The translations under genes and the position numbers were made by a program. Below, in pieces: positions 20,432 to 29,518 of a DNA stretch of 64,000 nt (position 1 is the stretch's first letter; each line of letters starts with the position of its first letter). Origin of the DNA: an uncultured Actinomycetota bacterium (GTDB lineage: Bacteria; Actinomycetota; Actinomycetes; JAFAQI01); assembly GCA_963770565.1 (NCBI GenBank), contig CAVYQE010000001.1, forward strand, positions 448,001-512,000. Direction: 5' to 3'. The notes beneath the pieces are model-generated. The model had not been told where the DNA came from. It worked only from the letters and a program-made list of their open reading frames with translations, and searched no databases.

Positions 20432-21451
20432 ATGACCACTGACACCCTTCGCCTCGCCCCAGGGCCTGAGTCCGAACCTGACGTCCCGCGCGCAATCAGC
20501 GGTGGGCATACGAGGCCGGACCAGGTCTTCAACGGCGTGGCTCGCGCGTTCGGGCTGTTCGTTCTGGTGCTGATGGCGGCGATCGGACTCTTTCTCGGGC
20601 TGCAGATGATCCCGGTGTTGAGGCATTACGGCTTCAACTTCTTCACCCGGGCGCAATGGGACCCGGACTTGAATCAGGTCGGTGTCAAGGCGGCAGTTTG
20701 GGGAACCATCGAGATCGCCTTTATCGCCCTCGTGGTCGGCTTCCCGCTGGCATTGGGCACCGCCCTGTTCATCACAGAGCTTGCTCCCCGGCGGCTCAGA
20801 TCGTTCCTCGTGTCAATGGTCGATCTGATGGCTGCTGTGCCCAGCATCATCTACGGCTTGTGGGGCTTGAACCTGCTCGAACCGCATGTGATTCACCTGT
20901 CCCGGTGGCTAGCGGAGTACTTCGGTTGGTTCCCGCTCTTTCACGTGGACACGGACACCCACGCTGCCGTTTGGCAGACGTCAAAGTTCACCTCGTCCGC
21001 ATTCATTGCAGGGCTCGCGGTCTCCATGATGGTGACACCGCTGACCTGCGCGATCATGCGTGGCGTGTTCGCGCAGGCACCACTCGGTGAGCGCGAGGCG
21101 GCGCTCGCGCTTGGCGCGACCAAATGGGGGGTGATCCGCTCGGTCGTGCTCCCCTTCGGTCGTGGCGGCATGATCGGCGGCACGATGCTCGGGCTCGGGC
21201 GAGCGTTGGGCGAGACAGTTGCGGTCCTTTTGATCATGGCGCAGTCGTTCAAGATCAGCCTGCATGCGCTGCAGAACGGTTACATCTCGATCTCCGCGCT
21301 CATCGCTAACTTCTTCAACTCCGCAACCTCGCTGCAACTGAAGGCATTGCTGGCCGCCGGATTCGTGCTGTTCGTGATGACCCTGATCGTCAACACGATC
21401 GCGGGAATCATCGTGAACCGCAGCCGCAGCGGCGCGGCGACGGAGATCTGA
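20432..21451 (+). CDS. pstC: Phosphate ABC permease PstC-like
   Basis: DLMAAVPSIIYGLWG, EREAALALGATKW, LGLGRALGETVAV; SD GGAGGG. Confidence 0.9.
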   Translation: MTTDTLRLAPGPESEPDVPRAISGGHTRPDQVFNGVARAFGLFVLVLMAAIGLFLGLQMIPVLRHYGFNFFTRAQWDPDLNQVGVKAAVWGTIEIAFIALVVGFPLALGTALFITELAPRRLRSFLVSMVDLMAAVPSIIYGLWGLNLLEPHVIHLSRWLAEYFGWFPLFHVDTDTHAAVWQTSKFTSSAFIAGLAVSMMVTPLTCAIMRGVFAQAPLGEREAALALGATKWGVIRSVVLPFGRGGMIGGTMLGLGRALGETVAVLLIMAQSFKISLHALQNGYISISALIANFFNSATSLQLKALLAAGFVLFVMTLIVNTIAGIIVNRSRSGAATEI

Positions 21452-21452
21452 A

Positions 21453-22556
21453 ATGGCCGCGATCACTTCAGCCGTGGAATCCGTCGACGCCAGCGCCGCG
21501 CCGGCTCCGGAGCCCGACCAGCCACGACGACTGGGCACCACCACCGTCGACGATGTGATGTCGCTGCTTGGCTCGATCGTGGGCGCGTTCGGGCTGGTGT
21601 GGATCGTTCTCTACCGCCTGCTCCCGCTGTCCGGAACGCTCGGTTTCGTCGTCTGCTGGTATGTCGTCTTCCTCGCGCTGTACACAGCGGTCACGGCGAT
21701 GTCGCACCCGAAGCCGATCGTCGTCGATCGGCTGGCGCGGAGCTTGATCTGCGGTGTTGCCGGAATCGTCGCCCTGGCGCTGGCGTCGACGATCCTCGAC
21801 ACCTTCCTTCGTGGCCGGCATGCCCTGGTGCACTGGAACTTCTACTCCAAGGACGCCAACGGCGTATCGCCGACGGCACCGTTGAACCAAGGCGGGATCC
21901 TGCACGCGATCGCCGGAACGTTCGTCGAGCTCGGCATCGCGACGGCAATTTCCCTTCCGTTGGGGATCGGCGCCGCGATCTACATGAGTGAGGTAGGCGG
22001 CCGACTGGCTCGCACGGTGCGCACGGTCGTCGAGGCGATGACCGCCCTTCCGGACCTGCTGGCTGGTCTGTTCATCTATACGACCGTGATCGTCGCGCTG
22101 AGATTCGAGAAGAGCGGCCTGACGGCCGCGCTTGCCCTTGCCATCACGATGCTCCCGATCATCGCCCGCTCGGCTGAGCTTCAGCTGCGGGTCGTGCCTG
22201 GCGGGTTGCGGGAGGCCGGGCTTGCCCTCGGCGCGCCGAAATGGCGCATGGTGCTGCGGGTCGTGCTGCCGACCGCGGCCACCGGCCTCGCGACCGCCCT
22301 CATCCTCGCCTTCGCTCGCGCGGTCGGCGAGACCGCTCCCGTGCTGATCGCGTCGGGGGCCACGCCGTTCCTTCGCTTCAATCCGACCGGTGAGCCGATG
22401 ATGTCGCTCCCGCTATACATCTTCACCGAGGTACGAAGCGGCCAGCCATTGGAGATCGAGCGCGCGTACGGAGCCGCCTGCGTGTTGCTGGCAATTGTGC
22501 TCGTGTTGTTCATGGCCCTACGGGTCCTGGCCCGACGGAAAGGCACTGTTCGGTGA
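21453..22556 (+). CDS. pstA: Phosphate ABC permease PstA-like
   Basis: GGILHAIAGT, PLGIGAAIYMSE, LREAGLALGA, ARAVGETAP, SLPLYIF. Confidence 0.9.
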   Translation: MAAITSAVESVDASAAPAPEPDQPRRLGTTTVDDVMSLLGSIVGAFGLVWIVLYRLLPLSGTLGFVVCWYVVFLALYTAVTAMSHPKPIVVDRLARSLICGVAGIVALALASTILDTFLRGRHALVHWNFYSKDANGVSPTAPLNQGGILHAIAGTFVELGIATAISLPLGIGAAIYMSEVGGRLARTVRTVVEAMTALPDLLAGLFIYTTVIVALRFEKSGLTAALALAITMLPIIARSAELQLRVVPGGLREAGLALGAPKWRMVLRVVLPTAATGLATALILAFARAVGETAPVLIASGATPFLRFNPTGEPMMSLPLYIFTEVRSGQPLEIERAYGAACVLLAIVLVLFMALRVLARRKGTVR

Positions 22557-24190
22557 ACGCTCGCCGGCTTCGTCCGACTCGGCTCGCCGTCCTTGCGGCG
22601 GCGATGCTGATGTCGGTCTTCTGGACCATGCCCACGCCCGCGTTCGCCTCGGGCACCACGCAGATCAACGGCTCGGGCTCGACCTGGGCCTACAACGCGG
22701 TCAACGCCTGGATCGGCGAGGTGTCTGCCCAGGGCCTTCGGGTGACGTTCAACCCGAACGGCTCGGCAGCGGGCCGCCAGGATTTCGCGAACCGAGCGGT
22801 CGACTACGCCGTCTCCGACATCGGCTTCCAGGGAAAGGACCCGTTGACCGGCACCAACGACACCTCGAGCGGGCGAGCGTTCGCGTACGTCCCACTGGTG
22901 GCGGGTGGCACGTCGTTTCCGTATCACCTGACGGTTGCGGGACAGCTGGTGCGCAACCTCAGGTTGTCCGGTGCGACCTTGGCAGGAATCTTCACGGGTT
23001 CGATCACCAACTGGGACGCGCCGCAGATCAGCAAAGACAACAACGGGAGGAAGTTCCCCTCGATTCCGATCGTGCCGCTCGTGCACTCGGAGGGCTCTGG
23101 GACGAGCTACCAGTTCTCCGCGTATCTGGCTCAGGATTTCTCCAGCGTCTGGTCCTCCTTCGCGGGCAAGGACAAGCCGACCGAGTATTGGCCGAGCGAC
23201 AAGGCCAACGAGATCGCGCTGAACGGGTCGGACCAGTTGATGAACTACCTCGCATCGCAATCGGGCCAGGGAGCGATCGGCTACGACGAATACTCGTATG
23301 CGATCGCAAAGAACATTCCGGTCGCCAAGATCGAAAACCAGGCGGGCTACTTCACACTCCCCACCCAGTACAACGTCGCGGTGGCGCTCACCCAGGCGAT
23401 CATCAACTACAACCAGAACTCGCCGGACTACCTGCTCGAGAGTCTCAAGGACGTATACGGGTACTCGGATAAGCGCACCTATCCGCTGTCGTCGTACTCG
23501 TACGGCATCATCCCTACGGCGGCGAACGACGGGACGATGAGCACTCCCAAGCGGCAGGCCCTCGCCGACTTCCTCTACACCTCGATCTGTCAAGGTCAAG
23601 GTGCGATCGGCCAGATCGGCTATTCAGCACTTCCGATCAACCTGGTTCAGGCTGCGTTCAAGCAAGTCGGCCTGCTCAAGAAGGTCGACTCGCAAGTCTC
23701 GCTCACCAACCTGAACGTGACGACCTGCGGCAACCCCACGTTCGTGGCCGGGAAGCCCAAGGAAAACCACCTGGCCCAGATCGCGCCCGAGCCGCCGTTG
23801 TGCGACGAGGTCGGGCATGGCCCCTGCACCACCAGCAACGACACCACCGGCCCGACCCCAACGACGGGCGGGAAGAGCTCGTCGCCGACCGGCTCGAAGA
23901 AGGGGAAAGGTGGCCACCACTCGAGCAGCCCGAGTCCCGGGACAAGCCCGAGTCCCGGGACCAGCCCGAGTCCCGGGACGAGTACTGGTGGAGGCATCGA
24001 TCCAGTGACCGGGCTGCGCAGTAGCGACCCGAACGGCACCTCGGGCACAGGGACGGTCGAGACCGAGCCGGTCACGCTCGGCACCGGTGCGTCGTCCGGC
24101 ACCGCGCTTGCGGTGCTTGCCGCTGTGCTCTTCCTCGCGGCGATCGTTGTCCCTCCGACCTTGGCTCGACGCTGGCTCCGCAGGAAGTGA
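22553..24190 (+). CDS. pstS: PstS-like binding protein, non-lipoprotein, with S/P/G/T linker and C-terminal TM anchor
   Basis: GSGSTW, NGSAAG, VSD, HSEGSGTS, GAIGYDEYSYA, YPLSSYSY; AFA signal-peptide end; (SPSPGT)3; TM + RRWLRRK. Confidence 0.85.
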   Translation: MNARRLRPTRLAVLAAAMLMSVFWTMPTPAFASGTTQINGSGSTWAYNAVNAWIGEVSAQGLRVTFNPNGSAAGRQDFANRAVDYAVSDIGFQGKDPLTGTNDTSSGRAFAYVPLVAGGTSFPYHLTVAGQLVRNLRLSGATLAGIFTGSITNWDAPQISKDNNGRKFPSIPIVPLVHSEGSGTSYQFSAYLAQDFSSVWSSFAGKDKPTEYWPSDKANEIALNGSDQLMNYLASQSGQGAIGYDEYSYAIAKNIPVAKIENQAGYFTLPTQYNVAVALTQAIINYNQNSPDYLLESLKDVYGYSDKRTYPLSSYSYGIIPTAANDGTMSTPKRQALADFLYTSICQGQGAIGQIGYSALPINLVQAAFKQVGLLKKVDSQVSLTNLNVTTCGNPTFVAGKPKENHLAQIAPEPPLCDEVGHGPCTTSNDTTGPTPTTGGKSSSPTGSKKGKGGHHSSSPSPGTSPSPGTSPSPGTSTGGGIDPVTGLRSSDPNGTSGTGTVETEPVTLGTGASSGTALAVLAAVLFLAAIVVPPTLARRWLRRK

Positions 24191-27000
24191 TGGCGCGAGT
24201 GCGATCAACGAGCCCGACCCGGCACCCTCGCGCGTACATCGGCGCGGCAACCCTTGCGGTGGTGCTGGCCGGTCCGCTTGCCGTGGCATCCGGATCGCCG
24301 GCGGCAGAGGGCATTTCCGACCACCCGGTGACAGTGAGCAAGACGGTCACCCGCACGAACATCCTGCCTGATGGCCAGCAGCAGACTGTCGTCAAGAAGA
24401 AGGTGACGGTCTCAGTCAGCGCAACGACGGGGCTTCGGACGCTTCAGCAGATCAACGTGTCTTGGAAGGGCGCATATCCGACCAACTACATAGACCCGGA
24501 CCCGAACTCAGCGAATGCCTCGTCGTATCAGGAGTATCCGGTTGTTGTCCTTGAATGCCGTGGCGTGGACTCGACGAAGGTTCCGCCGAAGGACCGGCTG
24601 AGCCAGCAAAACTGTTGGACCCAGTACAACATCGAGCGAAATGCTTCTGCGCCGGGCACCGAGTTCCCGCCGTGGCGAATGGACCGGTACGCCGGCAATC
24701 TCGGCCTGTTCCCCCACAAACCGAAGAAGCTGCCAACCGGTTGTTCGCCGTACAGCTTTGGTGAAGCCGATTATTTCGAGCCGCTGAGGGCGCTGAACGG
24801 GAGGAGCTACTACGGCGGGCCGACGCTCGCCTGTAGCACGTTGTCTCCGGAGCAGTCGGGATTCACGGCCGACTTCCCGGACAACACGACCTTCGGCGTG
24901 ACCGGTGCGGGTGGTGCGGGTCGGGCAAAGTTCGTGGTGTGGAGCAGCGAGACGAACGAGACGCTGGGCTGCTCGGCGACTGTGAAGTGCTCACTCGTTG
25001 TGATTCCGATCGTCGGGATCAGCTGTGATGAGCGGTCAAAGTCCGCGGATGAGACCCCGCAGGACGTCGACCATTGCGACTATGCCGACACCGAGCATGG
25101 CCTGCTCGAGAATGCCGCTGGTGAGCTCAGCAGCCCTGGCCAGATGGCGCTGGAGTCTGTGACCGGCGAGCTGTGGTGGTCGGCGTCGAACTGGCGCAAC
25201 CGGATCTCGATCCCGCTGTCATTCGCGCTGCCCTCTGATTACTGCGCCGTCGTGAACAAGCGTGCATCAGTGTTCGTGTACGGATCGGAACTGATGAACG
25301 AAGCTGCGCAGCAGTGGAGCCCCGAATTCTGCACCGACTCAAAGCGGACGCCGTTCACCCAGATCGCGCAGGCTGAACCCGCGGCTGTGAACGAGCTCAA
25401 TGAGCGTTCGATCGATGCTGCGTACGAGACCTATCCTCCCAAACCCGCCGGTAGAGCCGGGCCACCGGTCGTGAACGCACCGGTGGCGGTCAGCGGCTTC
25501 GCAATATCGACAGTGGTCGACGATGCACAGCACAACGAGGACTTTGATGTCAAGCTCGACCCTCGGCTGCTCGCCAAACTCCTGACCGAGTCCTATCCGG
25601 ACCTTCCCGACATCGCCCAGAACGACGGTATGGCGAACAACCCACTCAACATCACGCTCGACCCTGAGTTTCGGGCGCTCAACCCCGACGTGCCCGAGGA
25701 GACCGCAAGTTCGGGCTTCCAGATCATCACCGATGCCCGTGCCACGCTGATGGCACTGTCCTCGGACTCCGATGTGACGCACGCGTTGACCGCATACATC
25801 GCGGCCGATCCGGCGGCAATGGCCTTCATCGACGGCAAGCCCGATCCGTGGGGCATGGTCGTCAATCCCAGCTACAAGGGGACGAAGCTGCCGACTGACT
25901 TCTGGCCGCTGAAGGACACTTATATTCCATATGCCGTCTACAACAGTGACCAGACGTCCTGCTTCGCCCAGGCTCGCTATCAGGTGCCGTACCTTCCGCT
26001 GGTCGCCTCGCCGTTGCTGACCTTGTCGAGCATCGCGTACGACCTCGAGTTCTCGTTGCCGAACTCGGTGACCTCCTGTTTCGTCAGTGTGGGAACCCCC
26101 GAGGCGGACAAGCTGATCACCGGCCCCCGACAAGCTCCCGGTGAAAGATTCCTGCTCGGTATCACATCTTTGTCTGAAGCCAAGCGCTACGACCTTGACA
26201 CGGCCGAACTCGAATCCCAATCGACGGTGTCGCCGACGACGGCATTCACGAGTGCAGAGGGGAGCACGTTCGTCCACCCGACTAACGCCTCGTTGACCGC
26301 CGCGACGAAGGCGCTCGTGCCCGACAAGGCGGACAACAGTTGGCGTCTTGACTACGACAAGCTGCGCACGAGTCCCTCGGAGGCAAACGCCTACCCCGGG
26401 ACCATGCTGGTGTCGATGAGCGTTCCGACGGCGGGGCTTGCCGCCGCGGACGCCAAGGCGTACTCACAAATGCTCGCGTTTTCGGCCGGGCTGGGCCAAA
26501 CGCCCGGGCCAGACTTCGGCCAACTTGCCGCGGGATACCTGCCGATGACGACCGCGAACGGTCTCGGCGCATTAGCGAGCTACACGCAGCGGGCCGCCGC
26601 GGTAGTCGCTGCGCAGCAATGTGAAGTCCCCAACGTGGACAACTCGGCTCAGGCCCGCTCCACGTGGAGCGGATGCCCACCGCCGCCACCACCTCCGTCG
26701 CACTCACCCTCGCCAACCCCTGACTCGAGCTCGACATCGCAGCCATCGTCCGGACAGACCTCGATTCCCGCGGTGAACAGTCCATCGGCGAGCGCTTCGC
26801 CGAGCTCACCGGGAGGTAGTCCGACGGTTGCCCCGTCCCCGTCGCCGACTCCAGTCGCCGAGGCCACGCCGATCTCGCCAGTGGGATCGTGGGTGTATTT
26901 CCTGCCGGCGGTGGTTTTCGCTGGGCTGCTCTGCGGCGGCGCCGTGGGCGGCACCTGGCTGCTTCGGCGTTATCGCGGTAGACGCGGGTCGGCTCCGTGA
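24187..27000 (+). CDS. Large Cys-rich secreted protein with degenerate PstS-fold domain and C-terminal TM anchor
   Basis: Signal peptide; VYGSELMNEAAQQW, APVAVSGFAI, AYPGTML recall PstS segments; P/S linker, TM, basic tail. Confidence 0.75.
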   Translation: MMARVRSTSPTRHPRAYIGAATLAVVLAGPLAVASGSPAAEGISDHPVTVSKTVTRTNILPDGQQQTVVKKKVTVSVSATTGLRTLQQINVSWKGAYPTNYIDPDPNSANASSYQEYPVVVLECRGVDSTKVPPKDRLSQQNCWTQYNIERNASAPGTEFPPWRMDRYAGNLGLFPHKPKKLPTGCSPYSFGEADYFEPLRALNGRSYYGGPTLACSTLSPEQSGFTADFPDNTTFGVTGAGGAGRAKFVVWSSETNETLGCSATVKCSLVVIPIVGISCDERSKSADETPQDVDHCDYADTEHGLLENAAGELSSPGQMALESVTGELWWSASNWRNRISIPLSFALPSDYCAVVNKRASVFVYGSELMNEAAQQWSPEFCTDSKRTPFTQIAQAEPAAVNELNERSIDAAYETYPPKPAGRAGPPVVNAPVAVSGFAISTVVDDAQHNEDFDVKLDPRLLAKLLTESYPDLPDIAQNDGMANNPLNITLDPEFRALNPDVPEETASSGFQIITDARATLMALSSDSDVTHALTAYIAADPAAMAFIDGKPDPWGMVVNPSYKGTKLPTDFWPLKDTYIPYAVYNSDQTSCFAQARYQVPYLPLVASPLLTLSSIAYDLEFSLPNSVTSCFVSVGTPEADKLITGPRQAPGERFLLGITSLSEAKRYDLDTAELESQSTVSPTTAFTSAEGSTFVHPTNASLTAATKALVPDKADNSWRLDYDKLRTSPSEANAYPGTMLVSMSVPTAGLAAADAKAYSQMLAFSAGLGQTPGPDFGQLAAGYLPMTTANGLGALASYTQRAAAVVAAQQCEVPNVDNSAQARSTWSGCPPPPPPPSHSPSPTPDSSSTSQPSSGQTSIPAVNSPSASASPSSPGGSPTVAPSPSPTPVAEATPISPVGSWVYFLPAVVFAGLLCGGAVGGTWLLRRYRGRRGSAP

Positions 27001-27929
27001 GCGCTGGTGTCCTCGACGATCGGGCGCAGCCGGATGCGACGTCAGGTGTGACGTCCGGCCGTCGCCGCCCGCGGGCGCCGCAGGCACCCCTGTCCACTCC
27101 GGCAGCGATCTCGGTCGCGGCTGCGGCGATCCTCTTTGCGGTCGCGATCTGGGCCATTCTCTACGCGTTCGTGCTTAGTGGCGTGCAGGAGCACACCGCC
27201 CAACGCGGCCTGTACGCGAAGCTTCGATTGGAACTGGCGAACGAGGTGGCGCCGGTCGGGGGGCAGGTCGCCGACGGCGCCCCGATCGCCCTCATCAACG
27301 TGCCTGCGCTGGACCTGAAGGACAACGTGGTGGTCGAGGGGACCACCACGACGGACCTGCAGAACGGGCCCGGTCACCAGGTCAACACGGTGTTTCCGGG
27401 CCAGGCGGGCGTGTCGGTGATCTACGGCAAGAGCGCCACCTTCGGCGCTCCGTTCCGGAGCGTGTCCCATCTTCGATCCGGCGACAAGGTCATTGCCACC
27501 ACAGGGCAGGGCACCTTCACCTACACGGTCAACGACGTGCGCCGGGCCGGCGATCCACTGCCGCAGCCGCTGGCGGCCGGTCAGGGCCGACTGACCTTAG
27601 TCGCCGCGGTCGGCCACGGTTGGCGCGCTGGTTGGGCGCCTTCGCAGATCGTCTACATCGACGCCACGTTGAACGGCAAAGGCAAGGCCTCGCCGTCGGG
27701 TGGCCCGGCCCTGCAGCCCGCCAGCCAACTTCCCATGTCGCGTGACGACTCGGCGCTGACCCCATTGGTGCTGTGGTTGGAGTTGCTGGTCGTTACTTCT
27801 GTCGCTTTTGTGTGGGCCCGAGGTCGCTGGGGCGGTTGGCAGGTGTGGCTGGTGGGAACTCCTGCACTTCTTGCAGTCGTTTGGGTTGTGACGGAGACGG
27901 CCGCGCGACTATTGCCCAATCTGCTCTGA
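26997..27929 (+). CDS. Sortase-fold protein (class E-like) lacking catalytic His and Cys
   Basis: VVVEGT...LQNGPGH...FPGQAG.SVIYGK.ATFGAPF...LTLVAA; N-terminal TM and two C-terminal TMs. Confidence 0.8.
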   Translation: MSAGVLDDRAQPDATSGVTSGRRRPRAPQAPLSTPAAISVAAAAILFAVAIWAILYAFVLSGVQEHTAQRGLYAKLRLELANEVAPVGGQVADGAPIALINVPALDLKDNVVVEGTTTTDLQNGPGHQVNTVFPGQAGVSVIYGKSATFGAPFRSVSHLRSGDKVIATTGQGTFTYTVNDVRRAGDPLPQPLAAGQGRLTLVAAVGHGWRAGWAPSQIVYIDATLNGKGKASPSGGPALQPASQLPMSRDDSALTPLVLWLELLVVTSVAFVWARGRWGGWQVWLVGTPALLAVVWVVTETAARLLPNLL

Positions 27930-27949
27930 GGCAAACACTGCCGGGCATC

Positions 27950-27971
27950 GTTCGTCTGCTGTTCAGCATCT
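27950..27971 (+). promoter_or_regulatory. PHO box-like repeat pair
   Basis: GTTCGTCTGCT/GTTCAGCATCT at 11-nt spacing, ~80 nt before the 28050 start. Confidence 0.5.
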
Positions 27972-28049
27972 AGCGACCTTCTAGCCCGATGACCTCCCTA
28001 GGTTTGGCGGGTCGGAGATGGACTCCGTAAAACCTCCCGAGGAGGGTGC

Positions 28050-29345
28050 ATGTTCAAAAGGGCCAAAACCGCCCTGGCGATCGGCGCCGTGGGATCGACC
28101 GCCGCGCTGCTCGTTACGATGCAGCCGGCGTTCGCTGACCCCCAGGCGCGGCCAGGTGACGCGGTCGTTGTGGGTTCTGACACTGTGCAGAACGCTGCCG
28201 ACTTCCTGTTCAGCGGCGATGTCAGTGGCGACCCGGCATACAACACCGGCAAGACCAACGAGATCTACAACATCACCGCGACCGGCGACAACAACGGCCG
28301 AGCTCTCTATGACCCCAATGGCAACCTGCTGTACGGCGTCGGCACCACCTCAGTCGTGATGCGGGCCGGCACCAAGCCGGTCGAGCGGGTCGATGGCTCA
28401 GGGGCTGGCATCACCGCCTTGACCGCCGACTCCCTTGGCGGCGCGGGCTACAACGGGCTGGTTAACGGATCGTTCACCTTCTCGCGCTCCTCGCGGCTGC
28501 CAAAGGCTGCGGAGCAGTCGGCGTGTGCAGCAATCGCGGGCTGCGGCGGGCTGCACGTCTTCCAGCTCGCCACGGACAACCTCGAAATGGCGGTCAGCAG
28601 CGTCTCCACGAACGCGTTCCCGATGTCGACCACGCAGCTGGCGTATGTCTACAGCCACTGTGACGGCTCTCAGGGCGTCGAGTTTTCCGAGGTCCCCAAT
28701 GCTCCTGGTGGGGCTTCGAACAACCACATCATCCCAACAATCCCGCAGGCCGGCTCGGGCACGCGCGGCTCGTTCGAGTCCGACATCGGGGTTTCGGACG
28801 CCACGATCACGTCAACCCCCTGCCTTCGGATCAGCGAAGAGCACGACCCGACCGGCGTTACCCTCGCGACGCAACCGGGATCTAGCACGCTCGACCCGGC
28901 GGACGCGATCGAGCCGTTCTCAGTGGGCAAGATCAAGCTCATCCAGAGCGGGTACTACGGCAACAGCGGTCAGCCGGCGTCGAACTTCCAGATCACGCTG
29001 ATGACGGGTTGCACAACCGGCGACCAGACACCGAACTGCCCGACGGCCCACCAGATCCTGGCCAGCGACGGCAATCCGGTGTACGACAACACCCGAGGCA
29101 TGTACCTGCTGGCGCGTGACTTCGACCTCAACCTGACGCCTGGTGTGGGCGTATGCGCCTCAGGTGGAGCCGATGCAAGCTACGGCCAGTGCAAGCCGTC
29201 GCAGCCCGGTGGCACCAAGAACTGGGTGAACGATGTGTTGAAGGGCGCGACGTCCTGGATTGCTCGGGCGGCAAACGCCCCGGACATTGCAGCGGCCGGC
29301 TTCACCGCGAACTACGCGGACCTCGGCGACGCCTCGTCCGGCTGA
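28050..29345 (+). CDS. Secreted PstS/PBP2-fold protein with no obvious anchor
   Basis: SD GGAGGAGG; signal peptide ...PAFA; VGSDT, DGSGAG, FSRSSR, PQAGSGTR; 8 Cys. Confidence 0.78.
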   Translation: MFKRAKTALAIGAVGSTAALLVTMQPAFADPQARPGDAVVVGSDTVQNAADFLFSGDVSGDPAYNTGKTNEIYNITATGDNNGRALYDPNGNLLYGVGTTSVVMRAGTKPVERVDGSGAGITALTADSLGGAGYNGLVNGSFTFSRSSRLPKAAEQSACAAIAGCGGLHVFQLATDNLEMAVSSVSTNAFPMSTTQLAYVYSHCDGSQGVEFSEVPNAPGGASNNHIIPTIPQAGSGTRGSFESDIGVSDATITSTPCLRISEEHDPTGVTLATQPGSSTLDPADAIEPFSVGKIKLIQSGYYGNSGQPASNFQITLMTGCTTGDQTPNCPTAHQILASDGNPVYDNTRGMYLLARDFDLNLTPGVGVCASGGADASYGQCKPSQPGGTKNWVNDVLKGATSWIARAANAPDIAAAGFTANYADLGDASSG

Positions 29346-29375
29346 TCGGATTCTTCGCAATCTCGTGAGGTAATG

Positions 29376-29419
29376 CCTCTCCCCGGTGCCACGGCTTGGC
29401 AGCGGGCACCGGGGAGAGG
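29376..29419 (+). other. Intergenic 15-bp stem-loop (mRNA stabiliser or partial terminator)
   Basis: cctctccccggtgcc ... ggcaccggggagagg. Confidence 0.6.
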
Positions 29420-29518
29420 ACTTCGAAGGGGACCGGACCAGGGCCCAGCCCCTCGTCCATCATGCGCCCTTTCGGATTGATCGTCCAAGTCGAATCGACT
29501 CAAACAGGGAGACAATCC

